The notes under the pieces are model-generated. The model did not search any database. It saw only the letters and a program-made list of their open reading frames with translations, and was not told the origin of the DNA. From the NCBI GenBank assembly GCA_013041765.1, contig JABDRL010000167.1, positions 706 to 64,705 of the forward strand: a DNA stretch of 64,000 nucleotides. Reading direction: 5' to 3'. Source of the stretch: Dactylosporangium sp. Lineage in GTDB: Bacteria > Actinomycetota > Actinomycetes > Mycobacteriales > Micromonosporaceae. Positions 7,715-17,926 of this stretch are shown here, piece after piece; position 1 is the first letter of the stretch, and each line of letters begins with the position of its first letter. The translations under genes and the position numbers were made by a program.

Positions 7715-9670
7715 TCAGATATCGAGGAAACGAACATCTCTCGCATTGCGCTGAATGAAGCTCCGTCTCGCTTCAACGTCTTCACCCATGAGAACGCTGA
7801 ACAGCTCATCGGCGGTCGCGGCGGCGTCGAGGGTCACCTGGCGGAGGGTTCTGGTCGCCGGGTTCATGGTGGTTTCCCACAGCTCGGTGTAGTTCATCTC
7901 CCCGAGCCCCTTGAACCGCTGGATGTCGTCGGGCCGGGCGTTGGGCCGGCTTTCCTGCCGGATCGCGATCAGGCCGTCCCGCTCCTTGTCGGAGTAGGCG
8001 TACTGCGCGTCATCGCCCTTCTTATTCCACTTGACCTTGTACAGCGGCGGCGCGGCCAGGTAGACATGCCCCAACTCGACCAGCGGCCGCATAAAGCGGA
8101 ACAGCAGGGTCAGCAGCAGCGTCTGGATGTGCTGACCGTCAACATCGGCATCCGCCATCAAAATGATCTTGTGGTATCGCAACTTTTCGAAATCGAACTC
8201 ATCGTGGATACCGGTACCGAGCGCCGTGATGAGTGCCTGCACCTCGTTGTTCTTCAGCACGCGGTCGATGCGGGCCTTCTCCACATTCAGAATCTTGCCC
8301 CGAATCGGCAGGATGGCCTGGGTCTTGGGGTCCCGGCCCTGCTTGGCGGAGCCCCCCGCCGAGTCGCCCTCGACGATGAACACCTCGCTGGCTCTCGGGT
8401 CGGTGGACTGGCAGTCGGCGAGCTTCCCCGGCATGGACCCCGATTCCAGCAACGACTTGCGGCGCGCCAGCTTGCGGGCCTGGGCGGCGGCGACTCTCGC
8501 CCGAGCGGCCTGGGAAGCCTTGGTGATAATGGTCTTGGCCTCGTGCGGGTTACGCTCCAGCCAGTCCACCAGCCACTCGTTGCAGGCACGCTGAACGAAG
8601 CTCTTGGCTTCGGTGTTGCCCAGCTTGGTCTTGGTCTGCCCCTCGAACTGAGGGCTGGCCAGTTTCACGGAGATGATCGCCGCCAGTCCCTCCCGGATGT
8701 CCTCGCCGGAAAGCTTCTCGTCGCCCTTGAGGATCTTCTTCTCCGAACCGTACCGGTTGATCACACCCGTCAGCGCCGAACGGAAGCCCTCCTCGTGGGT
8801 ACCTCCCTCGTGCGTGTTGATCGTGTTGGCGAAGGTGTAGACACTCTCGCCATACGACTCGTTCCACTGCATGGCGATCTCGACGGAGATCCCATCGCCC
8901 TCCGCACCAAACTCCACCACCGACCTGTGGATCGAGGTCTTCGTCTGGTTGAGGTGCCGCACGAAGTCGGCGATTCCGCCCTTGTAGCAGAAAATGACTT
9001 CCTTCTTCGGGCTTTCCCCGCTATCGGCCACGCGTTCGTCGCGCACGGCGATCGTCAGGCCCCGGTTCAGGAACGCCATCTCCTGCAACCGGCGGCAGAT
9101 CGTCTCGAAGTCGAAGACTGTGGTCTCGAAGATCTGGTCATCGGGCCAAAACGTCACGGTCGACCCCGTGCGGATGGTCTGTTCCCCACGCGCCAGCTTC
9201 GTCGAGGGCCTGGAGTTGTGGTAGGACTGGCGCCAGACGTACCCGTCCTTGTGGATCTCGACCTCGATGCGCGCGGACAGGGCGTTGACCACGGACAGGC
9301 CCACCCCGTGCAACCCGCCGGAGACCGCATAGGCCTTCCCGTCGAACTTGCCGCCGGCGTGCAGCACCGTCAGGGCGACCTCCACCGCCGGCCGCTTCTC
9401 GACCGGATGCATGTCGACCGGGATGCCTCGGCCGTTGTCTGTGACCCGTACCCCGCCGTCGGCCAGCAGCGACACATCGATCGTGTCGCAGAAGCCGATC
9501 AGTGCCTCGTCAACGGCGTTGTCGACCACCTCCCACACCAGATGGTGCAGACCGCGCTCGCCGGTTGAGCCGATGTACATGCCTGGACGCTTGCGTACCG
9601 CCTCAAGCCCTTCCAACACGGTGATCGACGAGGCGTTGTACTCGCCTGGCTTCTGTCTCGGCGCTGCCAC
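7715..9670 (-). CDS. gyrB: DNA gyrase subunit B
   Basis: ..[46 protein letters not shown].., the Toprim motif [19 protein letters not shown], and the C-terminal end ..ARDVRFLDI. The longest ORF starts at 9760. GTG 9670 gives an N-terminus of the usual length, so the start is uncertain by 30 codons. Confidence 0.95.
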   Translation of the reverse strand: MAAPRQKPGEYNASSITVLEGLEAVRKRPGMYIGSTGERGLHHLVWEVVDNAVDEALIGFCDTIDVSLLADGGVRVTDNGRGIPVDMHPVEKRPAVEVALTVLHAGGKFDGKAYAVSGGLHGVGLSVVNALSARIEVEIHKDGYVWRQSYHNSRPSTKLARGEQTIRTGSTVTFWPDDQIFETTVFDFETICRRLQEMAFLNRGLTIAVRDERVADSGESPKKEVIFCYKGGIADFVRHLNQTKTSIHRSVVEFGAEGDGISVEIAMQWNESYGESVYTFANTINTHEGGTHEEGFRSALTGVINRYGSEKKILKGDEKLSGEDIREGLAAIISVKLASPQFEGQTKTKLGNTEAKSFVQRACNEWLVDWLERNPHEAKTIITKASQAARARVAAAQARKLARRKSLLESGSMPGKLADCQSTDPRASEVFIVEGDSAGGSAKQGRDPKTQAILPIRGKILNVEKARIDRVLKNNEVQALITALGTGIHDEFDFEKLRYHKIILMADADVDGQHIQTLLLTLLFRFMRPLVELGHVYLAAPPLYKVKWNKKGDDAQYAYSDKERDGLIAIRQESRPNARPDDIQRFKGLGEMNYTELWETTMNPATRTLRQVTLDAAATADELFSVLMGEDVEARRSFIQRNARDVRFLDI

Positions 9671-10160
9671 CCTCGGTCGCTTTCTGGCCCGCCTGCCGTT
9701 GCCGTGCTCGGGCCGGAGTTGAGCGGCACGCCGGGACGGACACACGGATGCCCGAAGCATGAACCGGAGAGCATGGCTTCGGACGATCCGCAGCGACCGA
9801 CACCGCAGCGTGCGCGCGGATTGTGATCGACTAGGACTGTTACCCCAATCCTACTTCCCCCGTATGACCAATCGTTGCACCGGTAGGCCGCACTGTGGAG
9901 GCCGTAGCCAGCCGAACGACGCAAGGCACAGGCCCCTCCATGCAGAACGAGAATCGGCGCGCCCATCGGCCGGCCGGACAGGTCCCGCCGGCCCGACCAG
10001 GCATCGATCAGCAGGGTATACGTCCGGTATGCCGGACCTATCTCGCCAAACGACAAAAGTTGATCGTTTCGGGGGCTCGCGCAACCCCGCTCGCGTGTCG
10101 TATGTTCCCGCCCGCAGAGGCGTGGCGTGCGGGGACGCTCGAAGGGAGTTGAGGCGCGGG

Positions 10161-10718
10161 ATGGGGCTCGACAACGTTGCGGTGCGGTGGCCACGCACCG
10201 GGCGGTTCTACGATCCGGTCGCTCCGGCGGAGTTCGTCGACTTCGCCCAGCTGGCCGCGAACATTCCCCCAGCCGCCACGCCGGCGGCGGCGCTGGCCGA
10301 GCACATCGCGGCGACGGGCACCGCCAGAGTCACCGGATACACCGAACTGGTCGACCTGTTGCTGGGACTCCAGGGCGTGCTGTACGCGACGGAGGCCGCG
10401 GCGGAGGACGAGGACCCGGTGATCGATCCGGACGGATGCGCCTGGATCGCCGGTGGTCTGGAACGGTTCGTCCAGGGCCACCGGACGCTGGGGTCCGAGA
10501 TCACATTCGACAGCGTCGCCGAGGTACTCCGCGAGGCGCTCGCCGGCTTCCGGCTGGCGCAGCAGCAACTCAACTGGCTGGAGTCACGGCTGGATGCGCT
10601 CCGGGACGAGCGGCAGAACTCTCCCCAGTGGAGATTCTTCCTCGCGGAGATCGACATCCTCGGCCAGTTCTACCGGCGCTGCGCTGATCGGGGCTTCGCG
10701 GTCTTCGCCGATTTCTGA
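10161..10718 (+). CDS. Hypothetical acidic protein (185 aa), inserted between DUF721 and gyrB on the opposite strand
   Basis: ATG at 10161 is preceded by GAAGGGAG. Third-position G/C is strongly enriched throughout the frame. I recognised no family motif. The upstream part of the listed ORF (9759-10160) is Arg/Pro-rich junk overlapping the gyrB promoter region. Confidence 0.6.
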   Translation: MGLDNVAVRWPRTGRFYDPVAPAEFVDFAQLAANIPPAATPAAALAEHIAATGTARVTGYTELVDLLLGLQGVLYATEAAAEDEDPVIDPDGCAWIAGGLERFVQGHRTLGSEITFDSVAEVLREALAGFRLAQQQLNWLESRLDALRDERQNSPQWRFFLAEIDILGQFYRRCADRGFAVFADF

Positions 10719-10733
10719 GCCAGCGCAGCGCCG

Positions 10734-11282
10734 TCACCCGTAGGTGTCGCGCGGGCCCCGGCCCCGTACCCGGCGCTGGCCGTGACTCCACGAGGGCGCC
10801 GCCGGGCCGTGAATGTGCAGCCGGGTGACGACGTTGCGTCCGATCTCTTTGCCGATGTTGGCAAGCATCCGCCCGGACAGCAGGCGCAGCTGCGTTGCCC
10901 ACGCCGTGGATTCGGCCTCAACGGTCAACTCGCCCCGGTCAAGCTTGACCGGCCGGGAATGCGCGGCGATCTCCGCTCCGACGACGCGTTCCCAGGCTCC
11001 GAACACCGTCGCCTCGGCCTTGGGACGCTGCCAGCCTCTGGCCTTGACCAGCTTGCCCAGCACGGCGGCCAGGGGCTGGGGATCCCGGGGATCTGGCCCC
11101 GGCGCGGTGTACCCCCTGCGCCCCCGGCGCTGCGGGTTGCCGACGGATCCGGTGTCCCCCCTCGACCATGCCCGCTGCCTCGGTGATCGGCGAGCCAGCG
11201 CCGCGTCCAGCGCCGCCCGGGCGAGAGCCGGGCCACGCTCGGCCGATTGCGGCTGGTCGGCCGGCGCGGACCCGCGATCCAT
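10734..11282 (-). CDS. DUF721 (DciA-like, Rv0004-type) protein
   Basis: ..PQPLAAVLGKLVKARGWQRPKAEATVFGAWERVVGAEIAAHSRPVKLDRGELTVEAESTAWATQLRLL.. The ATG at 11282 lies 4 nt after the recF stop. The gene occupies the conserved recF-DUF721-gyrB position. Confidence 0.85.
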   Translation of the reverse strand: MDRGSAPADQPQSAERGPALARAALDAALARRSPRQRAWSRGDTGSVGNPQRRGRRGYTAPGPDPRDPQPLAAVLGKLVKARGWQRPKAEATVFGAWERVVGAEIAAHSRPVKLDRGELTVEAESTAWATQLRLLSGRMLANIGKEIGRNVVTRLHIHGPAAPSWSHGQRRVRGRGPRDTYG

Positions 11283-11286
11283 GGGC

Positions 11287-12441
11287 TCAGGCACGACGAA
11301 CCTCCCCCTCAGCCACCAGGTACCTCCGGCCCCGGAGCGCCGCCGGCACGTCGGCGTCGACCGCACAGGTCACCAGTACCTGACTGGCGCCTTCGAGAGT
11401 CTGAGCCAGGCGCTGGCGACGGTCGCTGTCCAGCTCGGCGAAGACGTCGTCCATCACGAGCACCGGCTCGATCCCATCGGTGCGCAGCACATCGTACGCC
11501 GAGAGCTTCAGGGCCAGCGCGTACGACCAGCACTCGCCATGGCTGGCGTATCCCCGGACCGGAAGGTCGCCGATGGTGAGCACCAGCTCGTCCCGGTGCG
11601 GCCCGACCAGGGTGATGCCCCGTTCGATCTCCGATGTCCTCGCGGCGGCCAGCGATTCCCGCAGCACGGGCTCGATGTCGGCGACGGCGGTGTCCGGCCG
11701 GCCGGAGGCGTCCTCCCAGGAGGGCAGGTAGGACATCCGGGCCTCGGCCACACCGTCGGGTCGGGAGCGGTCCCGGCTGACCGCGTCGTAGGCCTGTCCC
11801 ACGTGCGGGCCGAGAGCCGCACACAGTTCCAGCCGCCCGGCGAGCAGTTCGGCACCGTGCCGGGCCAGGTGCGCGTCCCACACGTCCAGCGTCGACAGGT
11901 CCCCGCCCCGGGAGCCCCCGGTCCGGCGCGCCAGGTACGCGCTGCGCAGCAACGCGTTGCGCTGCTTGAGCACCCGGTCGTAGTCGGCTCTGACCCCCGC
12001 GTACCGCGGCTGTCGCAACACCAGCAGGTCGTCCAGGAAGCGTCGACGCTCCCCCGGATCGCCCCGCACCAGGGACAGGTCTTCGGGGGCGAACAGGACC
12101 AGGCGCAGCGCTCCCAGGATGTCCCTGGTCCGGTTGACCGGGGCCCGGCCCAGCCTCGCCCGGTTCGCCTTCCCCGGCTCGATGGACAGCTCGACCAGCA
12201 GTTCCCGGTCGACATGGGCGATGGCCGCGCGCACAATCGCTCGAGACGCTCCCGCCCGTACCAGCGGAGTGTCGGTCGCGACTCGGTGCGAGCCGAGGGT
12301 CGCGATGTAGTGTGCCGCCTCGATCAGGTTGGTCTTGCCGGCCCCGTTGAGGCCCACCAGAACCGACGGTCCCGGCTCGAATTCCACCGTCGCTCGGGCG
12401 TAGCTGCGGAAGTCAACCAGGTCCAGAACCCGGAGGTACAT
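11287..12441 (-). CDS. recF: DNA replication/repair protein RecF
   Basis: MYLRVLDLVDFRSYARATVEFEPGPSVLVGLNGAGKTNLIEA (Walker A), ..ASHGECWSYALALKLS.. and ..VLVMDDVFAELD (Walker B). Confidence 0.95.
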   Translation of the reverse strand: MYLRVLDLVDFRSYARATVEFEPGPSVLVGLNGAGKTNLIEAAHYIATLGSHRVATDTPLVRAGASRAIVRAAIAHVDRELLVELSIEPGKANRARLGRAPVNRTRDILGALRLVLFAPEDLSLVRGDPGERRRFLDDLLVLRQPRYAGVRADYDRVLKQRNALLRSAYLARRTGGSRGGDLSTLDVWDAHLARHGAELLAGRLELCAALGPHVGQAYDAVSRDRSRPDGVAEARMSYLPSWEDASGRPDTAVADIEPVLRESLAAARTSEIERGITLVGPHRDELVLTIGDLPVRGYASHGECWSYALALKLSAYDVLRTDGIEPVLVMDDVFAELDSDRRQRLAQTLEGASQVLVTCAVDADVPAALRGRRYLVAEGEVRRA

Positions 12442-13313
12442 CAGCCGTTCTTCACGGCATGGCCGCCGAACTGGTTGCGCAGCGCGGCGATGGCCTTCAT
12501 CTGCGGAGAGTCATCCTGCCGGGAAGAGAAGCGGGCGAACAGCGCGGCCGCGATTGCCGGCAGTGGCACGGCCAGCCGGATGGATTCCTCCACGGTCCAC
12601 CGGCCCTCGCCGGTGTCGTCGGCATAGCCGCGCAGGCCCGCGAGGTCGGGGTCATCGGTCAGCGCACTGTCGAGCAGATCAAGCAGCCATGACTGCACCA
12701 CGGTGCCCTCGCGCCACGACCGGATCACGCCGGGGACGTCCGTAACCAGGTCCGAGGCCGCCATCAGCTCGTAGCCTTCCGCATATGCCTGCATCAGACC
12801 GTATTCAATGCCATTGTGCACCATTTTGGCGTAGTGACCGGCCCCGGAGGGACCGGCGTGCACGAACCCGAACTCGCCAGCCGGCTTGAGTGCTTCGAAC
12901 AGCGGCCGGCACCTCGCCACCTGGTCGGCGTCGCCACCGACCATCAGCGCGTAGCCGTTCTGCCGCCCCCAGACGCCGCCGGACACCCCGACGTCGAGAT
13001 ACCCGATGTTCCGCTGGCCCAGTTCACGGGCTCGGGGCAGGTCATCGGTGAACCTGCTGTTGCCGCCGTCGATGACGATGTCACCCCCGGTCAGCCGCTC
13101 GGCCAGGGCGGTGATGGTCCCGCCGGTCACCGCGGCCGGCACCATCACCCACACGATTCTCGGTGTTGCCAGCCGCCCGACGAACTCGTCCAAGGTCGGA
13201 ACGTCTGACAGCTCAGGATTCTGGTCGTACCCGATCACTTCATGCCCCGCGGCCCGCAGCCGCTGGCACATGTTGAAACCCATCCGGCCAAGGCCGACAA
13301 GACCGAGTTGCAT
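12441..13313 (-). CDS. gnd: 6-phosphogluconate dehydrogenase (decarboxylating), short form
   Basis: MQLGLVGLGRMGFNMCQRL (Rossmann GxGxxG) and ..HNGIEYGLMQAYAEG.. It lies between dnaN and recF, as in Streptomyces. Confidence 0.85.
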   Translation of the reverse strand: MQLGLVGLGRMGFNMCQRLRAAGHEVIGYDQNPELSDVPTLDEFVGRLATPRIVWVMVPAAVTGGTITALAERLTGGDIVIDGGNSRFTDDLPRARELGQRNIGYLDVGVSGGVWGRQNGYALMVGGDADQVARCRPLFEALKPAGEFGFVHAGPSGAGHYAKMVHNGIEYGLMQAYAEGYELMAASDLVTDVPGVIRSWREGTVVQSWLLDLLDSALTDDPDLAGLRGYADDTGEGRWTVEESIRLAVPLPAIAAALFARFSSRQDDSPQMKAIAALRNQFGGHAVKNG

Positions 13314-13331
13314 GACGAGGCCCTTCTCGGA

Positions 13332-14462
13332 TCAGCCGCCGACGCGCACCGGCATGATCACGTACCAGTATCCCGGGATGACCTCACCATCTTCGCCCGC
13401 TGGGAGCAGCGCGGCCAGCTTCTTCGGATCGGTCAGCGAGAATACGGCGGTCGATGTGCCGACGGCAGACAGGCCGTCGAGCAGATACTGATGGTTGAAC
13501 GCGATCGTCATCGGCTCGCCGGTGTACACGCAGTCCATCGCCTCGCTCGCCCGGGCGTCCTCGCTCCCGCTCGCCTCGACGATCAGCCCGTCCACACTCA
13601 TCGACAGCCGGACCGGGGTCGCCCGGTCGGCGACGAGACCGACGCGCTTGACAACCTCGGTAAGAGCGGACACCGAGAAACGGGCCTGGGCGTTGTGGCC
13701 CTCGGGCAGCAGCCGGCGGACCGGCGGGAACTCCCCGTCCAGCAGGCGCGAGGTGGTTCGCCGCGTTCCCGCCGAGAAGCCGATCATGCCTTCTCCGGCG
13801 GAGCCCCGCGACAGCGACAGGGTCAGTTGACCGCCCAATGAACCCAGGGTCTTCGCCGTGTCCGCAAGCGTCTTGGCCGGCACCAGCGCGGTCAGGCTGA
13901 CGTCAGGGGCGTCCGGTGACCAGGACAGTTCCTTGACGGTCAACCGGTACCGGTCGGTGGCCAGCAGGGTCAGCGTCTCGCTCTCCAGCTCCATCCGCAC
14001 CCCGGTAAGCATCGGCAGGGTGTCGTCCCGGCAGGCGGCCACCGCGACCTGGGCAACGGCGGCGGCGAAGGCGGGCGCGTCGATGGTTCCGGCCAACGCC
14101 GGCATCTCTGGCAGCGTCGGGTAATCCTCCACGGGCATGGTGGGCAGGGTGAACCGGGCACTGCCGCAGGTCAGCTCGAGATGCGAACCGATGGACGCCA
14201 CATCCACCGGCTTGCCCGGCAGGGCCTTCGTAATCTCGGCGAGCAGGCGGCCCGATACCAGCGTCGACCCTTCGGAATCCGCCTGGACGTCCACGGTCAC
14301 CTGGCTGGAGACCTCGTAGTCGAAGCCGGACACGTGCAGCTGGCTGTCTGCTACCCGAAGCAGTGCCCCGGCGAGTACTGGCATGGAAGGCCGGCTCGGC
14401 AGACTCTTGGCTGTCCAAGCAACGGCATCGGCGAGCGCGTCGCGCTCGACACGGAACTTCAT
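13332..14462 (-). CDS. dnaN: DNA polymerase III beta sliding clamp
   Basis: MKFRVERDALADAVAWTAKSLPSRPSMPVLAGALL.. through ..YWYVIMPVRV. The start is taken at ATG 14462. The listed ORF extends 34 codons further into oriC. Confidence 0.95.
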   Translation of the reverse strand: MKFRVERDALADAVAWTAKSLPSRPSMPVLAGALLRVADSQLHVSGFDYEVSSQVTVDVQADSEGSTLVSGRLLAEITKALPGKPVDVASIGSHLELTCGSARFTLPTMPVEDYPTLPEMPALAGTIDAPAFAAAVAQVAVAACRDDTLPMLTGVRMELESETLTLLATDRYRLTVKELSWSPDAPDVSLTALVPAKTLADTAKTLGSLGGQLTLSLSRGSAGEGMIGFSAGTRRTTSRLLDGEFPPVRRLLPEGHNAQARFSVSALTEVVKRVGLVADRATPVRLSMSVDGLIVEASGSEDARASEAMDCVYTGEPMTIAFNHQYLLDGLSAVGTSTAVFSLTDPKKLAALLPAGEDGEVIPGYWYVIMPVRVGG

Positions 14463-14564
14463 CGCGCTGCCTCCCGCGAGATTGGTACTGAAGCTACTCC
14501 GGTTGTCATCGTGCTTATCGCACCTTAGGGCGTCAACGCCTGCGGCGCCCAGAGACCCCAGCAA

Positions 14565-15042
14565 AGTCCCCTGGTGGACTTATCCACGACCTGATGATTA
14601 TTTGTTCTTTCTTAGAAGAGATAATTCGTCATCATCGTCGGTGCTGTGGATTCTGTGGAGAACTGGAGTCTTGGCTGCCCAGGCCCCCGATGGGGCGGTG
14701 CATATCTTGTGGGTAAGGAGAGCTTTCGATGTGGACAGCTGTGGACAGCCGAGCGGCGCGCTCAACTATCCACTTTCTGTCCACAGTCCGGCCCCCGGTT
14801 GTCCCCTGGTTGTCCACAGGATCAAGGCACGTTATCCCCAGGCTTTCCCCAGCGCTGAGAGTGCATCGAAGAGTGGGGTTGTTACTGTGCGTAGTGACGT
14901 GAGGGGGTGGGCGTGTGCATCCACAGCGTTATCCACAGAAGTTATCCACAGGGTGTGCGATGGGGTGTGGGAAACGTCTCCACGACAGAGAGACCCGCAG
15001 CCCGTTTGGCAGGCGGTCTGCGGGAAGCTTCAGAGCGTGGAT
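14565..15042. other. oriC (dnaA-dnaN intergenic replication origin)
   Basis: Perfect DnaA boxes: TTGTCCACA at 14810-14818, and TTATCCACA at 14929-14937 and 14942-14950. At least 8 boxes with 1-2 mismatches are present: TTATCCACG 14580-14588, TGTGGAGAA 14654-14662, TGTGGGTAA 14708-14716, TGTGGACAG 14730-14738 and 14740-14748, CTGTCCACA 14777-14785, TTATCCCCA 14832-14840 and GCATCCACA 14917-14925. An AT-rich 46-nt stretch (14591-14636) has about 30% G+C by direct count. Confidence 0.9.
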
Positions 15043-16737
15043 CTACGGCGTCAGCTTGATTCTGTTGGTGAGTTCGGCGATCTGGTTGTAGAGCGACCGG
15101 CGCTCGGCCATCTGCTGACGGATCTTCCGGTCGGCGTGCATCACGGTGGTGTGATCGCGTCCGCCGAAGGCCTGACCGATACGTGGCAGGGACAGATCGG
15201 TCAGCTCTCTGCAGAGGTACATCGCGACCTGCCTGGCGTTGACCAGAACCCGGGACCGGGAGTGTCCCCGCAGGTCTTCAAGGCTCACTCCGAAATACTC
15301 GGCGGTGGACGCCATGATCTGGTCTGCGGTGATCTCGGGACCCGAGCCGTCCGGGATGAAATCCCGGAGGACCTCTTCGGCCAGCGACAGCTCTACCCGC
15401 GACCGGGTGAGGTTGGCGAAGGCGGTCACCCGGATGAGCGCCCCCTCCAGTTCCCTGATCGAGTTGGAGACCCGGGACGCGATGAACTCCAGCACGTCCG
15501 GCGGTGCGGACAGCCGCTCCTGGGCGGCCTTCTTCTGGAGGATGGCGATCCGCGTTTCAAGATCTGGCGGCTGGATGTCCGCGAGCAGTCCCCACTCGAA
15601 GCGGGTGCGGAGCCGGTCCTCCAGCGTCGACAGTTGCTTCGGGGAACGGTCTGAGCTGATAACGATCTGCTTGTTCGCATTGTGCAGGGTATTGAAGGTA
15701 TGGAAGAACTCCTCCTGAGTCCGCTCACGAGTCTCCAGGAACTGGATGTCGTCGATCAGAAGGATGTCGACGTCCCGGTAACGGCGCTGGAAGGCGCTGG
15801 TCTTGTCGTCTCGCAGCGAGTTGATGAACTCGTTCGTGAACTCTTCCGTGGAGACGTATCGTACAAATCGCGCGTTTCCCAGCTGCGTGGCATATTGCCC
15901 GATCGCGTGGAGCAGATGCGTCTTGCCCAGCCCTGAACCGCCGTAGATGAACAGCGGGTTGTACGCCTTGGCCGGAGACTCCGCGACCGCGACCGCTGCG
16001 GCGTGTGCGAACCGGTTGGACGATCCGATGACGAAGGTCTCGAACGTGTACTTCGGGTTGAGCCGGTTGCCGCCAATCTCGGGCTGCGATGCGCGTCGGT
16101 CGTCCCTCCCGGTGCCCGCCGTCGCGGGGCGAATCGGTGACTCGGAGGTGTGGATGACTCCCGCGGCGCTGGCCAGTCCCCCCGTCGGCCGGATCGTTCT
16201 GGGCTGCGCTGAGGGGTCATGGCCGGGAATCCCCGCGCCCGCGGCTGTTGCCGCGCCCGCCGCTGCGGCTGCGGCTGCGGCAGCGGCTGCGGCAGCGCTG
16301 CCACTGGCAGAGCGTTCGTATCGGCCTTCTGAGCCGTCTCGCGCGGACGGAATTATGGGCATCGCAGGGGGCTCCTGCGACGAAGATTCGAATTGCTGCT
16401 GGTTGGGCGGGTCCGGGTCGTCTACGGGCGAGTCGGAGTGGAGATGGTCGAGATGTGTGGGGGGTGCTCCGCCGTCCTCTGGCGGGCGGACCGTCACGGC
16501 GACCTGGATCGGACGGCCCAGCCTGCGCGAGAGTGCGGCGGTGATCGATGGCCGCAGGCGGGATTCAATGACATCTCGGGTGAAGGCGTCCGGAACTGAG
16601 ATCAGGGCAGTGTCCTCGACAATTGCCCGAAGTCGGGTCAGCCGGAGATAGGCCCGCTGCTGTGCCGAGCCGATCTCGGTGGCGAGCTCCTCGGTCGCCG
16701 CGCGCCACACCGCAGCCAGGTCGACGGCGTCCGTCAC
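15043..16737 (-). CDS. dnaA: Chromosomal replication initiator DnaA
   Basis: AAA+ core: [21 protein letters not shown], ..LLIDDIQFL... C-terminal DNA-binding domain: ..[35 protein letters not shown].. GTG start at 16737 with a GAGGGGTGGAG RBS. Domain II is long and low-complexity, and contains an Ala12 run. Confidence 0.97.
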   Translation of the reverse strand: MTDAVDLAAVWRAATEELATEIGSAQQRAYLRLTRLRAIVEDTALISVPDAFTRDVIESRLRPSITAALSRRLGRPIQVAVTVRPPEDGGAPPTHLDHLHSDSPVDDPDPPNQQQFESSSQEPPAMPIIPSARDGSEGRYERSASGSAAAAAAAAAAAAAGAATAAGAGIPGHDPSAQPRTIRPTGGLASAAGVIHTSESPIRPATAGTGRDDRRASQPEIGGNRLNPKYTFETFVIGSSNRFAHAAAVAVAESPAKAYNPLFIYGGSGLGKTHLLHAIGQYATQLGNARFVRYVSTEEFTNEFINSLRDDKTSAFQRRYRDVDILLIDDIQFLETRERTQEEFFHTFNTLHNANKQIVISSDRSPKQLSTLEDRLRTRFEWGLLADIQPPDLETRIAILQKKAAQERLSAPPDVLEFIASRVSNSIRELEGALIRVTAFANLTRSRVELSLAEEVLRDFIPDGSGPEITADQIMASTAEYFGVSLEDLRGHSRSRVLVNARQVAMYLCRELTDLSLPRIGQAFGGRDHTTVMHADRKIRQQMAERRSLYNQIAELTNRIKLTP

Positions 16738-16786
16738 ATCTCCACCCCTCGTCGCTCATCGTGGTCCGGTCTGGCTGGCGGACAAC

Positions 16787-16806
16787 TTGTCCACAACTTG
16801 TCCACA
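16787..16806. promoter_or_regulatory. Two perfect tandem DnaA boxes in the dnaA promoter region
   Basis: TTGTCCACA occurs at 16787-16795 and at 16798-16806 (11-bp phasing), 50-70 bp upstream of the dnaA start. Further boxes lie at 17000-17008 (TTGTCCACA) and 17213-17221 (TTGTCCACG). Confidence 0.75.
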
Positions 16807-17245
16807 GCCTGTGTATCAACGAGTCACTCGGCCAAGCGGAGCGTCTCGTGCCCGAAAAGCTTCCGGCGAATTCGCGATGATGGCGGTTTGTGCCGCCCCC
16901 CACGCCTACCGAATCCCCCCAAACCAGCACTAAGCCACGCTGCGGCTCTGGCCGGCCGCCATCCGTGCTCAGCGGCTGCAACCGGGCAGGCTAACAGCGT
17001 TGTCCACACGTTCTCAACCGCTGTCGGACCCCTGAATCCCATGCTGCGCAGGGCCGTCGACCTCATCACGGAGTGTGGCGTACTGTTCATTGACCGGTCT
17101 GAACGTTGACCGTACCCTTGCACGGCTGTGGCAGCACCACCTGGTACGGTTGTGCTACGGCGTGGCGCCCCAGGGTGTGCGCTGCCCTGATGAAACCTGC
17201 TGCTGGGCGCGGTTGTCCACGCAGCCTTGAACGACGGAGCCCGAC

Positions 17246-17383
17246 GTGAGCAAGCGCACCTTCCAGCCGAACAACCGCCGGCGCGCGAAGACCCACGGTT
17301 TCCGGCTGCGCATGCGCACCCGTGCTGGCCGTACGATCGTCAAGACCCGCCGTGCCCGGGGCCGTGCGCGCCTCTCGGCCTGA
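17246..17383 (+). CDS. rpmH: 50S ribosomal protein L34 (45 aa); too short for the ORF track
   Basis: GTG start; translation [45 protein letters not shown]; stop TGA at 17381-17383. Confidence 0.95.
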   Translation: MSKRTFQPNNRRRAKTHGFRLRMRTRAGRTIVKTRRARGRARLSA

Positions 17384-17407
17384 CAGCGGTTCACCTGAGC
17401 GAGGCAC

Positions 17408-17926
17408 ATGGTGCTGCCGGCCGGGTGCCGAATGCGGCGGCACACAGAGTTCGCCGCGACAATCCGTGCCGGCCGAAGAGCCAGGCGCGGGGTTCTCGTT
17501 GCCCATCTGCATGTCGAGTCAGCTTCGACGGTGGTGAGCACGGCAGACATGAGACCGACGCGAACCTGCGGGGAGCCAAGCTGTTCCCCGGTTCGCGTCG
17601 GTTTTGTCGTGCCCAAGGCCGTTGGCACGGCCGTGGACCGCAATCTCGCCCGACGGCGACTGCGCCACCTGCTTCGCGAGCGGCTGTCGGCGTTTCCGGC
17701 CGGGACGGCGCTGGTGCTGCGGGTGCTTCCCGGGGCGGCCGAGTGCTCCGCCGCCCAGCTTCGATCGGATCTTGATTCCGTGCTGGTGGCGGTGACGTCG
17801 ACCGGTGTTTCCCCAAGACAACGAACCGGCGACCGGAGGCCAACGTCCCGGCGCGCTGGGCACCCCGCCCGCGGGACCGGGCGCGAGGCAGGGACGGACA
17901 CGGAACAGGGGGCGTCGTCGACATGA
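17408..17926 (+). CDS. rnpA: Ribonuclease P protein component
   Basis: ..[53 protein letters not shown].. It lies immediately after rpmH. The C-terminal tail is long and Arg/Gly-rich. Confidence 0.9.
   Translation: MVLPAGCRMRRHTEFAATIRAGRRARRGVLVAHLHVESASTVVSTADMRPTRTCGEPSCSPVRVGFVVPKAVGTAVDRNLARRRLRHLLRERLSAFPAGTALVLRVLPGAAECSAAQLRSDLDSVLVAVTSTGVSPRQRTGDRRPTSRRAGHPARGTGREAGTDTEQGASST

Noticed and set aside
5200-7758. 852-aa plus-strand ORF
   Set aside because: It is antisense to gyrA. The translation is Arg/Pro/Gly/Val-rich with no recognisable motif, whereas the minus-strand frame encodes textbook GyrA. Long stop-free antisense frames are expected at this GC content.
7550-9568. 672-aa plus-strand ORF
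   Set aside because: It is antisense to gyrB and has the same GC-artefact composition. The minus frame carries the GyrB ATPase and Toprim motifs.
10813-12627. 604-aa plus-strand ORF
   Set aside because: It is antisense to DUF721, recF and gnd, spans three real genes, and has no motifs.
14383-15654. 423-aa plus-strand ORF crossing oriC
   Set aside because: It runs through the non-coding DnaA-box array and then antisense into dnaA. A protein encoded across the origin is implausible.
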